From Branchiostoma lanceolatum (lineage: Eukaryota): 64,000 bases of DNA. Under the pieces are notes generated by a model. The model made no database searches. It was not told where the DNA came from and saw only the letters and a list, made by a program, of their open reading frames with translations. A program made the position numbers and the translations under genes. This document shows, in pieces, positions 1 to 11,830 of the stretch. The first letter of the stretch is position 1. Each line of letters begins with the position of its first letter. The DNA lies in assembly GCF_035083965.1 (NCBI RefSeq), contig NC_089740.1, forward strand, positions 9,172,596 through 9,236,595. The letters run 5' to 3'.

Positions 1-3000
1 ACACAAGAATAGAGACCACAAGACTTGTAATCTGCAGTTTAAATAGAAGCTGCTAGGGGGCTAATATTTAATGACCACTTGTATTTGTGTACCCAGATAT
101 CGTATCCTTACTTCTTTTCACATATATCGGTTGTATCGAACAAACTTATATTTACTCCCTCTATCTACAGTAACCCAAATGTAACGTTTTCTTATCCAAA
201 AAGACTAACCCATGCGGTAGTAGAGTCACGCGTCTTGCATTACTTGAGATTTCCTTGTAACCCATTTTCCCGCCAGACTGTTTTCCTAACTGTAAGACAT
301 AATGAAAGACTTGGCAGTGTTCCCGCCATGGGACTGGAGGGTCAAGTGGTTAAATGGCTGCAATTCGTCATGGCTCAGTCGTGACGTCACGGGCTGTCGT
401 CATGGCAACACGAACTACGTGTGTGGGGAACGTAAATCTACACAAACTTTCCAAACTGAAAAGGAATATTTTTCAATCTATCAATTGTACATAATGTCAA
501 AAGTAACAAAATTATTTAGTGTCATGACTTATGTACAACTTGAGCATTATAATTGTAATGCCTGAAGAGAAGTAAGTAGATATAAAAACTCCCTTTGAGT
601 TGACGTTATAATAACGTTAGTCAGCACTGTCAAACTTGTGTCGCAAAAAGTCACCCAAGTTGTATATTTGTTACTCCGTTGTACTGAAGTACAAAGGGCG
701 AGAAATTTAGAGCTTTCCAGGCCAAAGGTCAAATTTTTCGAACAATGGCGGCACCAGCTTATATCCGTGACCTTTTATTCGCTGCAATGCTACATTACAT
801 TTCAAATGGACGTTTCGTTGTTTATTGGGCGTTACCTCTAGTTGACGTTAAGTGGGCCGTACACGTCAAAAGTAAAGTCAAGTGTTTGTTATACGTGTTA
901 GTCTACATTAGTCAACTAAAATCATAGCCTAGAACCCAAGAAGAGTTCGTGGGTGGTACAAAGTAACAAATTAAGTCTAAGTTATGCTTGAAACTGGCCG
1001 TCGGAGGTTAAGCTTCGAAATGTCTAATTTAAGATTTCGTGACAGGGAAGTGAGAGTTAACAGTTTACACAACACAGAGGCATGATATATTACGTTCTTT
1101 TCTACAAAGCAAAGGGGATTCAATCCGTCTATGTATTGATAACTTTCTGGCTAACTTTCTCATGACTTATAGGAATAGGCGAACTATTCATCACAATTCA
1201 CAGCCAAACAATGACAGGGTAGCACTTTTATGTTTTAATCTTGCATTTCTCTATGGAATCGGTCTATTGAATAAACCATAATGATAGAATACTTTAGTTT
1301 GAACCCAGTATATATTGATTTACTAACCTGATGAAACTATTTACGGCCTAACCGTTATCTACAAGGTCAGTTTTTTTAACCTCTCCGTGTGTACGGTGTC
1401 TGTCATCGGGTCGTTTGTCTCGGCGCAAATTGGTTCCCTCAAGTTGTTGATCACATTCCGACACCACATTTTTCTGTCAGCGTCTCGAGTGAAAGTCAGT
1501 ATAACACTCTGGGTTCTGGTAACCGTCGCTGTCTCTCGCATGAAGCAGAAAGAGGTTTTTGTTCATTTCTCAAACTCGTGGTGAAGAGCTCATCGTGAAT
1601 GTCACGAACTAAAGAAAAACACTGTAAAAAATTTCAGGTTTTACAGTATCTTCTCAGTTTACAGCTTCGGTTATACAGTATAATTCGTTTTGAACTGTTC
1701 TTTGAAATTCATGAATTTTGTTCTCAGATAACTTTAAGCGTAACGTTACTTTGTCTAGATAAAAAGGGAGATGATTTTTCGTCCCTGGTATCTAAATGGC
1801 AGACCACAAGCCACAGAAGTATACTAGTCTAACAGTAATCCTACCCAAAAGTCAAGGCAGTTTTCCATCTGTGGTTTGTAGGATTTGTGTTTCTTATATG
1901 AGCCGTCTGGCGTGGGTGTATGTCAGCGGTCATGGGCAATGACGTCATGTGTCAGCTAACAAAGTCTTGTTACCTTATAAGGAGTGATGTTAGACTCACC
2001 TGGCCGAATGGGGGAGGGGGGCACCAGATGCCCTTGACTCGTACACGTACCTTTGACCTTCATGACTTCTCTTTGCATAAAGCGGCCGTCAAGAGAGAAC
2101 GACGGGGGTTCAATTCATGTCAAACTTTCAGATTTTTGTCTTGTATTGGTCTTCATTTTCAAAATTTTGTTTAAGCTTTCTTGTTTAAAACTTTAGGTTT
2201 ACCAAAAGCAGTAGTTACTAGTAGATAGGCAGGCGCTCATGTGGCAAATTGTATGATGTAATATGATCAGTTGTCGTCGCGTGCCTGCAAAACTGGTATG
2301 TTACGCCGAAAAGCGGTAACACCGGTTGAGTTATACAAAAAAAGAAGAACGGACATGACATTGTATTTTCTATACCGGACGGGTAGGGTACTCTACTGTT
2401 TACGCTAACAGAAAGGATATATCGCTTCAGGCAGTAGCAATGACTTAGTGTTTTGACTTTCTTTGTATCACATCTGGAACAATAGCAAGTCAAAACATGA
2501 CCTCATGAACAGTCGCTGTTTGGCTAACAACTTTGCAAGAACTTCATGATTAAAAAAGGAAATCCCATCGTGATTTCTGCAAAGAGATGGCACAGAGTTC
2601 CAGATACTGTATCCGTCTTTTTATCAGTCAAATCTTGAAAGTAGATGATTTCATCTTTACTGGTATTGTATCATTTTTGCATACGTATCAAAATGATCAA
2701 AGTTACTCGTGACAGGCGTGGTAATTTTGGTGATAGTAAAATGGACGAAAAAAGAAGTTTCCACTTTTCTGACCTCAAAAAGAAATCGGTAGATATATCG
2801 CCGTGCGTTGGTAATAACTACCAGTGTGGCCATCTCTACTTATAACATACAGTGTCCAAACACTCAGGGCATTCCTACATCTTAGTGAAGCCTTTCAACG
2901 TTTTCACAAACTACAGATAATGTTTTCTCTTTCGCCGGGTACAAATACTACGGTTCAATCCGTTTTTGTCTCTGTGTGTTTTGCTAAACACGCAGAAGGA

Positions 3001-4439
3001 ACAGAGATGTTATTTTCTCACACGGTGACAGAAATTCGTAACATAGCAGACATTTTAGTCTAAGGAAACCAAACTACTACTGCATGTACTAGGGATATAA
3101 AGGCAGAGTACGAAGAAATACAGAACGGAAGGTCATATATGACAGCGACTCTTTACAAGCGTATTTCCTATCGTGCAGAATTACTTTAGGGTCTGTTCAT
3201 AATTGTCGACTCGTACCTTTACTGCAGCAAATTGAGGGTCCTGTATTTACGTATTGGGGCAATTGTAGGTGCGTCCTACAAAATGTCGTATTGTGACCTG
3301 AAAAAGTTGTTATAGATAGCCGTTTTTTTTCTGAAAGTCCTTTGAAAATATATTATCACAGATGTGGCATCGCCTTTCCTTGGTCTCGCCCTTTGCAATA
3401 GCGCTTGGCATAGTTGGACAGCACTGGCTGTATGTATAGCAAACAGAAGCCAAAGTGATAAGCTAGAGGATAAAAATAAAAGCCAATTATTGCTTCTTGG
3501 TGAGAGTACCCATATCAATTGCCCTTATACGTTTCTTTTACCACGATCTGCCGTCTTTTATGCGGTATACAGGGCCTGCATTCTCTGTCAGTGAGGTCAT
3601 GAAATCTGAGTCTGCGCCGAAAGGCTTGGTACAATAGGTTGGTAGGGCTGCCGCCATGCTTTAAAGCATTGAAGTGGTGTGTGAAGTGCCCTACAGCTGA
3701 AACCGTTAGGGACGAACCGTTCCTGTATTTGTAGGGGCGAATTTGTACGTTTCGAACGAAGACGTCAAACCTCTGCATGTAAAAGAACCCAACACGCTTA
3801 TCGAGAAGAGTAGGGGTGACCCGGTGTGCTTGACCAAATTAGGGACATCAAAGGTTAATACAGTCTCGGTGCCTTTCATTGGATAACCAAACGTCTTTTT
3901 ATTAGGACTGTACGCGTAACGGTAGGGTTTAAAACAAAAATGTCATTTAATGACGCCAAGATGTAGAATAACCCCGTAACAAGCTACGATGGCCGATAGA
4001 CAGATATAACATCACCCAGAAACGTAACTAATTAAAACTACACCCCAATCGTGATATTTATGAACTGTCCCCAAGCGCGCTTGAGCCCCCTTAAAATGTA
4101 GGATATCTAACCAATCAGATAAAGGAAAATCCCACTTTAATCCTGCCCAGATCCTTCCCGCATTCAGGAACACTCAGGGACGGGTTTTCTTGGATACTGA
4201 GTTTTTACAGAGTGAGGTAACCGTGTACGTGGTGAAAGTCAGGAAGTCGGCTGCTGGAATCTTGTAGAAGCGCCGCTATACGGACTCTTGTGGCATAACA
4301 GCCAAGCGCCTGTACTCTAAACTGTTACGTTGCAAATACCATGTTGCACCCGACAATACAATCATGTAGATACTATGCTTTTTTAAGGACGTCCAAGGGG
4401 TGCAGCCGATGTTGTCTTCCTCCTTTCGCAAAGAAGGTC

Positions 4440-4580
4440 AACATGTTTTTGGATCCGTTTGTGGATAGAATAGTTTGAGAAGTTGTGAATGCATCTTAAT
4501 TAATGATATTTGGTATGAAGGTAGGTGTCGGCAAAATGAGGTCCAAATATGGCCCCCTAGTAGTTTACTATGGTACTGCA
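4440..4580. repeat. Dispersed SINE-like repeat, copy 1 (partial)
   Basis: Contains tgatatttggtatgaaggtaggtgtcggcaaaatgaggtc...ggccccctagtagtttactatggtactgca, shared with 11700-11830 and 30990-31100. Confidence 0.45.
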
Positions 4581-4659
4581 ACATAACTTATTACGATATG
4601 TATTTCTGGTAAAACAAACAACAAACTAACTAACTGTCATCATTTTCACACCTCTGCAG

Positions 4660-4974
4660 GGTTTGCGCAGACGCCTGTAGCTGTTGCAGTTAGCGCGGCG
4701 GACGGTGACGTCGCTTCTCTCCGGTGCGACCATGACGCCAGGCCCGGGGAGATCAGAGCCTTCAAGTGGACGAAAGGGCGCGAAATCATCTACTTCATGG
4801 CCCTGGACGGCGTAGTGACACCCCCGGGCCCCGAATACGCAGATAGAGTCACCATAGTGGACCAGATAAATCTCAGAATAGAGGATTTGACGTTGGAGGA
4901 TATGGGGCAGTACATATGTACTGTGACAGTGGGAAACTCGGAGGGGATAGCTGTGGTGGATCTCGATGTCTTAG
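4660..4974 (+). CDS. Ig-superfamily membrane protein, exon encoding V-set Ig domain
   Basis: Acceptor ctctgcag|GG and donor TTAG|gtaaga, phase 1-1. Translates ..FAQTPVAVAVSAADGDVASLRCDHDARPGEIRAFKWTKGREIIYFMALDGVV..RIEDLTLEDMGQYICTVTVGNSEGIAVVDLDVL, which has the C..W..DxGxYxC Ig signature. Contains ORF 4797-4997. Confidence 0.7.
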
Positions 4975-5366
4975 GTAAGAAAATAACACTGTTCTAACCA
5001 TAGATAAACAATATAACTTAAGAGTTTTCACGTTCTTGTAAATTAAATCCTTCTTCGGTAATAGGTGATTCTACAAACGTCAAGTTTGTTTAACGTGCCG
5101 TGTGAAAAGTTTCTTATAACTACGTTTCGTAACTTGTTAAGTACAAAGTACAAAGGCTAAGGTTTTGAAAGTGGCATTTGAACCTGCTTCCAATTCTTTT
5201 TAATTCCGTTTCTCTTTAAACGATGTGTGCAAATGTTATGTTTGAATTAGCCAACTATACCTTGGTAATTCTATTTTCTGGCGGTGGGTACGTGGAGGTA
5301 TACACTCTTCGAGTGTCCTTTTCTTTGTTTAATTTCCCTAAATTTGCATATTTGCTCACTTTCCAG

Positions 5367-5579
5367 TCCTCCCAAGTAGACCGGTCCTCACCACCTACCT
5401 GAACGGTGTGGTGGTGAACCTGGGAACGACATCTCTCCCTCTGGACGCAGAGCTGACGTTGGAGTGCACGTCTAACGGTGGGAAACCACCCGCGGAGCTC
5501 TCCTGGTACATCGACGACGTGCAGGTGGACAGCAGTTTGTACACATACAACAGCACCGCGGATCCAGAGACAAATATAG
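5367..5579 (+). CDS. Ig-superfamily membrane protein, exon encoding first half of C2-set Ig domain
   Basis: Acceptor ttccag|TC and donor ATAG|gtagga, phase 1-1. Translates ..VLTTYLNGVVVNLGTTSLPLDAELTLECTSNGGKPPAELSWYIDDVQVDSSLYTYNSTADPETNI. Overlaps ORF 5408-5743. Confidence 0.7.
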
Positions 5580-6170
5580 GTAGGAAGTGCAAACCAGCGG
5601 TAGTGACTATGATTTTCAAACTGCAGGTTTTAAAGTTTTTTGGAAGGTGTACTGTCACAATCTTTTTCTACTCCTGGGAGTTCGAATATCGTTTTTGTCG
5701 CTCACCCGAATTTCACGCCACTGGAATGGGTTGCAGTCCTTAGGCCGTTGTCCACTGTTCATTGTTCTTGTCGAAATGATTCATGGACATATTACCGGTA
5801 CAATGAACCTGTAAATACTGTACACAGCATCTGTCTATCTGTCTGCTCCTACAACAGCACCGCAGATCCCGATCGATACAGATATAAGTAGGGAGTACAA
5901 ACAAGCCGAAGTGAACATGATTTTCAAAACTGACAGGATTTCTGAAGAAGACATTTTGCCTTAAAAGTTGTTTATAACGATTTAGGCAAAACATTGAGGG
6001 GACAACAAAGATGACTTGAAAGTTGACGAGCACGCTGTTTTGAAATTGGAGGAAGTGCACTATCACAAATTTTGTTTACAGTATTGGGAGTTCGAATCCC
6101 GACTGCCGTCGCTCACCCAAATTTCACGCTACTGGAAAGGATTGCAGTCCTCAGAACGGGACGTTAAGCC
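5560..6170 (+). repeat. Tandem segmental duplication (about 300 bp x2) spanning the 3' end of the Ig C2 exon and intron; includes tRNA-B-box-like GGTTCGAATCC segments
   Basis: 5560-5760 matches 5845-6170. Shared strings: caacagcaccgc[g/a]gatcc..., gtgaacatgattttcaaa..., gggagttcgaat[a/c]cg..., tcgctcaccc[g/a]aatttcacgc[c/t]actggaa[t/a]gg[g/a]ttgcagtcct. Confidence 0.6.
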
Positions 6171-6314
6171 GTGGTTCATTTTTCAGTGTGCTTACTGTCC
6201 TCGCCCTCGGGTCTGACTTCTCTGTCACGACCCGTGAAATGATCAGCTGGTTGGAGATCTTCACTAAAGGACTTTCTTTCACCTCCACAAACTATTCGTC
6301 CCTTTACCCTACAG

Positions 6315-6452
6315 GTGACGCCGTGTCCAGACTAACACACCTGGTGTCCCTGAGTGATCACCTGGCGAAGTACGAGTGCGAGTCGTCAGGACCCATCCCG
6401 CCTCTGCAGACTCAGAGGAGCGTGGGTGTACTCATCAGGCTCAGCATTTACG
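6315..6452 (+). CDS. Ig-superfamily membrane protein, exon encoding second half of C2-set Ig domain
   Basis: Acceptor ccctacag|GT and donor TACG|gtgggt, phase 1-1. Translates GDAVSRLTHLVSLSDHLAKYECESSGPIPPLQTQRSVGVLIRLSIY, which has the YxC Ig motif. Lies in ORF 6188-6538. Confidence 0.65.
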
Positions 6453-6649
6453 GTGGGTGTGGGGTCTTGCTTGAGGAAAAATTGAGAGATCTTGCTAACA
6501 TTATCATTTTAAACAAAAACACGACCAAGTATAGGTAACTTTGTCTTCTTCTTAATCAAAGCTGTACTGAAAGCGTTGGTCTGTTTGGCGAGGGAGTCTA
6601 CAAATGCAAACATGTTATGTTTGTTAAAATCAGAATTGATACGATTTCA

Positions 6650-6935
6650 GAACTTAAGAACAGCTAATAAGTAACACAGAAGAGTTGATAATGAATGAAC
6701 TAGTGAACAAGTTAATATCGATGCCGGTGTGCTTAATGTAGTCAATGAAACGATCGATTGGTTAATGAGTCAACATTGATGCTAGTGTGGCTATGCAGTT
6801 AATAAATTTATGATCTATTGGTTGATGAGTTGATAATAGTGTGATTTAAGTAGTTAATGAAATGTTCCATTGGTTAATGAGTTAATATCGGTAACAGTGT
6901 GGTTTATGTAGTTACTATCCCTGTACTAACTGTGA
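6650..6935. repeat. Minisatellite (about 60 bp unit, about 5 copies) in Ig-gene intron
   Basis: Repeating gttaatgagt[c/t]aa[c/t]at[c/t]g[a/g]tg[c/a]..agtgtgg[c/t]t[a/t]atg[c/t]agtt.at..units between 6650 and 6930. Confidence 0.55.
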
Positions 6936-7597
6936 TCCGCTCTTCCCACTAGACACCACCCTCCCTCCGGTGATCACACCCCGGCCAACGACGGAAGAAG
7001 GTTAATAATAACATTTTTCACTCGCCTTACACTGCACGAAATCAGATCTTTACGCACGATTAAAGAGTTTCGTAAATGAGACCTAAAGATTTACTCACAA
7101 GACGACATAACTATTGCACCACTTGGTGATAAAGCGCTTGTCTATATCTGATCCATTTGCATACTGAAAATATTATTAATACAACTTCAAAATTCGCACT
7201 GTGTTACTATGGTTAAATGCTGTGGCATATTTATATTCAACCTATCTAGCGATTCATGTTATTTCCCATCGCGTGATGCATTGTTCTTGCTCGAGCTCCC
7301 TTTTTTGCTGACGCCTCAAGTGCGCAGCTAACAAAAACAACATATTGTCATTAGCTTCGCCAAGAAGGATACGAATATTTTTTCAGTAGCGTTTGTGATT
7401 GTGTTGTGCGTTTGTTTAACAGTGTAACTCAATAAGCTATTGATGGATTGCTATGGAATTTTGTATGTACATGTAGTTGGGTGCAACAATACAAAGGATA
7501 ACTTTGACGATTGGCTTCCTCGCGCCGTTTTGTAGTATCGTATTGGAACGACCCGTTTGGGTATCATATTTTTATCGCTTGATCTGCCCCCCTCTAG

Positions 7598-7771
7598 ATA
7601 TAGCAATCGTCGCACCACAAGAGGCTGACAGCTCACTTGGAGTCCCAAGCATTATCGGCATCATTGTGGGGATCGTCGCTGCAGTAGCGCTCCTAGCGGC
7701 CATCATAGTTATCCTACTGCAGAACAGAAAACGCCGAAACAAGGATCACACCTATGTCGTCAACCCCGACA
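7598..7771 (+). CDS. Ig-superfamily membrane protein, transmembrane exon
   Basis: Acceptor ccctctag|AT and donor GACA|gtaagt, phase 1-1. Translates DIAIVAPQEADSSLGVPSIIGIIVGIVAAVALLAAIIVILLQNRKRRNKDHTYVVNPD, a hydrophobic TM helix followed by a basic stop-transfer stretch. Lies in ORF 7477-7800. Confidence 0.7.
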
Positions 7772-8379
7772 GTAAGTGTTGTACTCAGAAACTTCGCTAG
7801 ATGCGGTTATTACCTTACAGTATCGCTCCCTTGAGTTGCCATCAAAGTTACCATGGTACAGAACAGGAAACGGCAAAACAAGAATCACGCTTATGTCGTC
7901 AGCCATGACAATAAGTCTTGTACTCAGAAACATCGCAAGACCTGTTTGATATGTAAAGACTAAGTGGCAATATCGTAATCATGACATTACTATTAACATG
8001 ACGCTGAGCAATTTAGGTTTGATACTAAAGACCTAAATATAGGGTTCCTTCTTTCGTTCGAGCTACACAAAGAGATATAGAAAGAGAAAATAAAGAGAAA
8101 ACTTGATAGATTAAGTTATAGGGTGAACGTTATTGGGTACAGTCAAAGACAATTGAAGGGGCATGTTGAAAACGATAATGTAGGTGGTTACTTTAGACGG
8201 CATTGAGCATCTCAGGGAGTGCCAAAAAGTAGCTATAAAGGCCAGGAAGGTGGTCCTTATGCCGAGATGGTCACTAGAACAGGTTTGAATGTCTCTTTAT
8301 TCATCAATTCATTGGGCAATGGTTAGTTGAGTTGTTTGCTTTTTTGTGCTCAACGCTGACCGCGCCTTTCATCTTGCAG

Positions 8380-8519
8380 AACCGGCCCATGACGGCGAGC
8401 TCGGGAGGGAGCCTGACGGGTACCGGAACGCGACCTTCGATCACGCAGCGCCCCCTACCGGAACTGCACCTCCGCCCTACACGGACGACCTGAGGAGAAG
8501 CCATCTGTGGGGGTCAGAG
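8380..8519 (+). CDS. Ig-superfamily membrane protein, cytoplasmic exon with PPPY motif
   Basis: Acceptor cttgcag|AA, phase 1. Translates KPAHDGELGREPDGYRNATFDHAAPPTGTAPPPYTDDLRRSHLWGSE. Proposed donor GAG|gtcagt, but the frame also reads through to a stop at 8576, so the 3' end is uncertain. Lies in ORF 8346-8576. Confidence 0.5.
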
Positions 8520-8967
8520 GTCAGTTCTCGAGTTATATTCACAGACGTACAGGAAGAAGATGTTGACATTAATTAGTTTCGAAATGTGAACACGCAGATC
8601 ACACGTTTGTTGAAGCGAACTCCTTTTTACGAGTAATCAGTTCTTCGATAATTTTTTAGATAGGACGCAGACTAGCTCAACCTTCGCATCCTGTCAGTCT
8701 CCAGTTACAACTTAGCCCTGAAACAAATTTCGACCCGGGCCAGTGGTAACAAATTTGAACACACAACAAGACAAACAAACAGATAGAAAACAAAGAAGCA
8801 AACAGACCGACAGCAATACCTCTGTTTTCATGCAGGTGACAAAAGAAGTCAATGCAGTAAAAGAACGAAATATATAACCAGTACTAATACCTCGAATCGC
8901 GATATCGGAGGTAAATTGTTTACTGATGACTGACTTTCACTGACTGATTGTTCTCTTCTGTCGTCAG

Positions 8968-9087
8968 GACGAGCTGTCAATCAACCAGTTCATGCAGCCT
9001 GATACGTCATCCATCCTACAGTTCCCATCCGACTTCTACCAGGACCAGCTACCCAAGCTCCCTCACCCTGAGGAGACCGACATCTAG
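8968..9087 (+). CDS. Ig-superfamily membrane protein, putative terminal exon ending ...ETDI (class I PDZ-ligand-like)
   Basis: Acceptor tctgtcgtcag|GAC, phase 0. Translates DELSINQFMQPDTSSILQFPSDFYQDQLPKLPHPEETDI then TAG at 9085-9087. It is open and in phase with the proposed donor at 8519. Confidence 0.45.
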   Translation, partial: DELSINQFMQPDTSSILQFPSDFYQDQLPKLPHPEETDI

Positions 9088-9139
9088 CTAGTTCTACTAT
9101 AACTGCACCCTTCTCCTGTATGGGTCTTTTCACGATTCC

Positions 9140-9298
9140 CATTGCATGATGGGAGACGCGGGGCACTATGGGTAGCTTATGTTGTAAACACTGTTGTTAC
9201 CACGGTAACACGTATGCAGTGTATGCATAGCATGTCATGGTAATGATATTGCTTTCCTCTGAGCTACCCATAGGGCCCCGCGCTTCCCAGCATGCAAT
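9140..9298. mobile_element. MITE-like element, family copy A (terminal inverted repeats about 35 bp)
   Basis: Left arm attgcatgatgggagacgcggggcactatgggtagc. Right arm gctacccatagggccccgcgcttcccagcatgcaat, which is its reverse complement with a few mismatches. AT-rich core containing catggtaatga. Confidence 0.6.
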
Positions 9299-10659
9299 GA
9301 GAGCTGTGCAAAGGTCTATAGTCTACAGTTTGGATGAATGGGGCTCACGCCCTTTTACAAGACGTTACAGATACCGTTTAAGAAACAAAGATTAATAAGG
9401 AAAGCATTTTTATCTGGAGAATGTTGGTCAGAGCAAATGCCCCGTGTTCTTTGCAAAGTGTGGTTGTAGAGATCATTCACATATCGTCCTGTCTTTTCTA
9501 CTTTTAGACGTTTGATATTTTTTGCTGGCTGTAAACATATAACGTGTTCTTCAAAACGTTAGTTGTGCCAAAGTTCTTAAGATAAAGTCCTTTAACAGCA
9601 GCATGTACGATTTTAGATAGGGTAAGTTGCTAAGTAAAGATAATTAGGTGCTGGAGAGAGAAAAGAATAGAACGGTTGTTTATATTTTGTTTTTCTTTTG
9701 GAGCTGCTTTACCATATGTTTGCAATCTCTGCTTTTCTGCTAGCTTCTTTTTGTAAACGATGTGTTTTCTTCTGCTTAAAACACTGTTTTGCATAAAAGT
9801 ATCTAAAGTAGCATTGATTAGGTTTTTAGAGATATGAATGATATGCTTGTACATTTTTGCACATAAACGAGTTTGGATATGGCATATGATTTGTATATTA
9901 TGATGATGTTGGCATATTTGCATAAAATATATGTTCAATCTACTTAGTTGTATGTTTGTGAATTATTAGAATCATTGGACAAATAGGTGAGTTTTCATTT
10001 TTCCTGAAATTCTATTTTTACTATCTTATATCGCATCGCTTACTTTGAACGCTGCTGGCCATTTGTAATCATGTATATTTCATTCACAAGTGTGTGCCTT
10101 AGTACAAATGCGATCCGAATAGCAGGTTCTATTTCACGTACGACGACCAGGAGTTAATTACACATAGAATGTGTTCGAACGTTGATGAAGGTTAGACATC
10201 CAGGTAATAAGATACGCCAAAAATAATTACTCAAATGTGTATGAACGATATTTCTAGTTGCCTTTCTATGTTGCAAGATATTAGTGTCACATAAATCCAC
10301 TGTTTGGGAGACAGTTAATAATCGTCATTTGCCTGCTTAGAGTTTTGTTTAAGAATCGACAGAAAAAAGATACTAAGAAATCCTGAAAAGAACCAGTTTA
10401 CATTCTAGATCCGAATCAGGGTCAATCCATGTAGTCTCTAAGCAGACCCAACGGTTGCAAATACCGTATCCAACTGACAGAAGGTGCCTGACAACTTCTC
10501 TGGCTGATAGGAGCTTCTCTAGCTCTGGCTAGCTTGTACGATTTTGGCACCGTGGAGATCTGCTTGGAGATTACAATCCATAGCCAATTTACCCTAATGT
10601 ACACTCTAAGCTGAATGACGCGTGAAAGGCACTTAATCCACGAGATCTAGAACTTCATG

Positions 10660-10812
10660 CTTTTCACTGATCCCATGGCATACTGGGAAACGCATGGCAC
10701 TATGGGTAGCGCTGGAAGCAAACAACATCAATACCATGACGTCACAATGCGTATGCAGCGCATGCGCACTGTGTCCGGTATGCGTTTCCCAACATACATT
10801 GGGATCCATGCA
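10660..10812. mobile_element. MITE-like element, family copy B (right TIR partly degraded)
   Basis: Starts cccatggcatactgggaaacgcatggcactatgggtagcg and ends ggtatgcgtttcccaacatacattgggatcc. Shares the ctgggaaacgc..ggcact.tgggtagc terminus with copies A and C. Confidence 0.5.
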
Positions 10813-11635
10813 AATGTTTTTGATGTGAAACATTCGGATCTATTATGAATCGGATTTTTGCAATTCGAATTTCGATTAACACTGTATACATGTAAAATCG
10901 CTTACACACGGTCTGGGATGTGTCCATGTTTATTTGTAATCTGTTGTACCATATCACATGCTTGCTAGAAGATTTATATATAAGTTAGATTATACAGGTG
11001 CTTCGGTAGTTATGCGTTAAAGCAACTGTTGTACGCACACCTTTTGAAAATATATTGCATTTTTGCACAATGTTGTGATCTTTACTTCTACTGCGTCTGT
11101 GTCAATCTATGGAATATTGTGAGAATATGACATTTGAATTGGAAGTACTCATTTCTTATCTTAGTCGTTTAAGTCATACGTTTTCATTAAAGTCGTTAAA
11201 GCCAAGGTTAAATGAGGATGAAAAAATAAAACCCCTTTGCGAGCCTTCCGCGATTACCCCATTCACGGAAAGACCGAAAGTTAGCAATTTGACGGTCGTT
11301 TTAACGCTTTTTCTAAGCGCGGCCGGGAGCGGTACTGCAGATTAGGCTCTATTAGGGTATATACTACGGACTTGTAAACATCTGAAATACGCACGGTATC
11401 AGCCTTCGGTCCTACGAACACTCTGCCAGGCAGATCCGGACGTCTTCACATACATTTGGAATGACTTCGCGATTTTAAGAAACACGAGTTGACATTAAAA
11501 AAAAATACTTTTGAGGCGCCGCGCGAGGAGCCATATGTAGCACCCTTGCCGCCCGTTGAAGCGCCACCTATGTTCATGCAGACACATAGCAAATACTAGC
11601 TTATAGACTGGTTATCTCCATGAAAAAGGGAGATA

Positions 11636-11830
11636 TTGTTTTGGGCCTGTCTGTGTGTGTGTCTGTGTGTCTTTGTGTCAGTCTGTGTGTTTGTGTTTCC
11701 GGATTTTTGTAGTCAGCATAACTTAAGAACCTCTGGATGGATTATGATGATATTTGGCATGTGGGTAGGTGTTGGGAAGTCAAGGGTCAAGGTCGGTATT
11801 AGGCCCCCTGTTATTTGAACTTGGTACTGC
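11636..11830. repeat. Dispersed SINE-like repeat, copy 2 (with 5' (GT)n-rich head)
   Basis: A (GT)n-like tract at 11636-11700, then cataacttaagaacctctggatggattatgatgatatttggcatgtgggtaggtgttgg..ggccccctgttatttgaacttggtactgcag. Confidence 0.5.

Noticed and set aside
1-4600. Short ORFs in the first 4.6 kb (for example 79-384, 302-565, 3515-3778)
   Set aside because: No recognisable homology or splice-consistent structure. Several begin with alternative starts translated as M in the ORF track. Possibly intronic or intergenic.
5670-6165. tRNA gene call from GGTTCGAATCC B-box-like motifs
   Set aside because: No A box, cloverleaf or acceptor stem could be reconstructed. This is more likely a SINE or tRNA-derived repeat fragment inside the tandem duplication.
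8520-8576. Read-through end of the Ig-gene cytoplasmic exon (VSSRVIFTDVQEEDVDIN*)
   Set aside because: It is not rejected outright. It is kept as an alternative terminus. The spliced model to 8968-9087 is preferred only because it has a strong acceptor and a long in-phase ORF.
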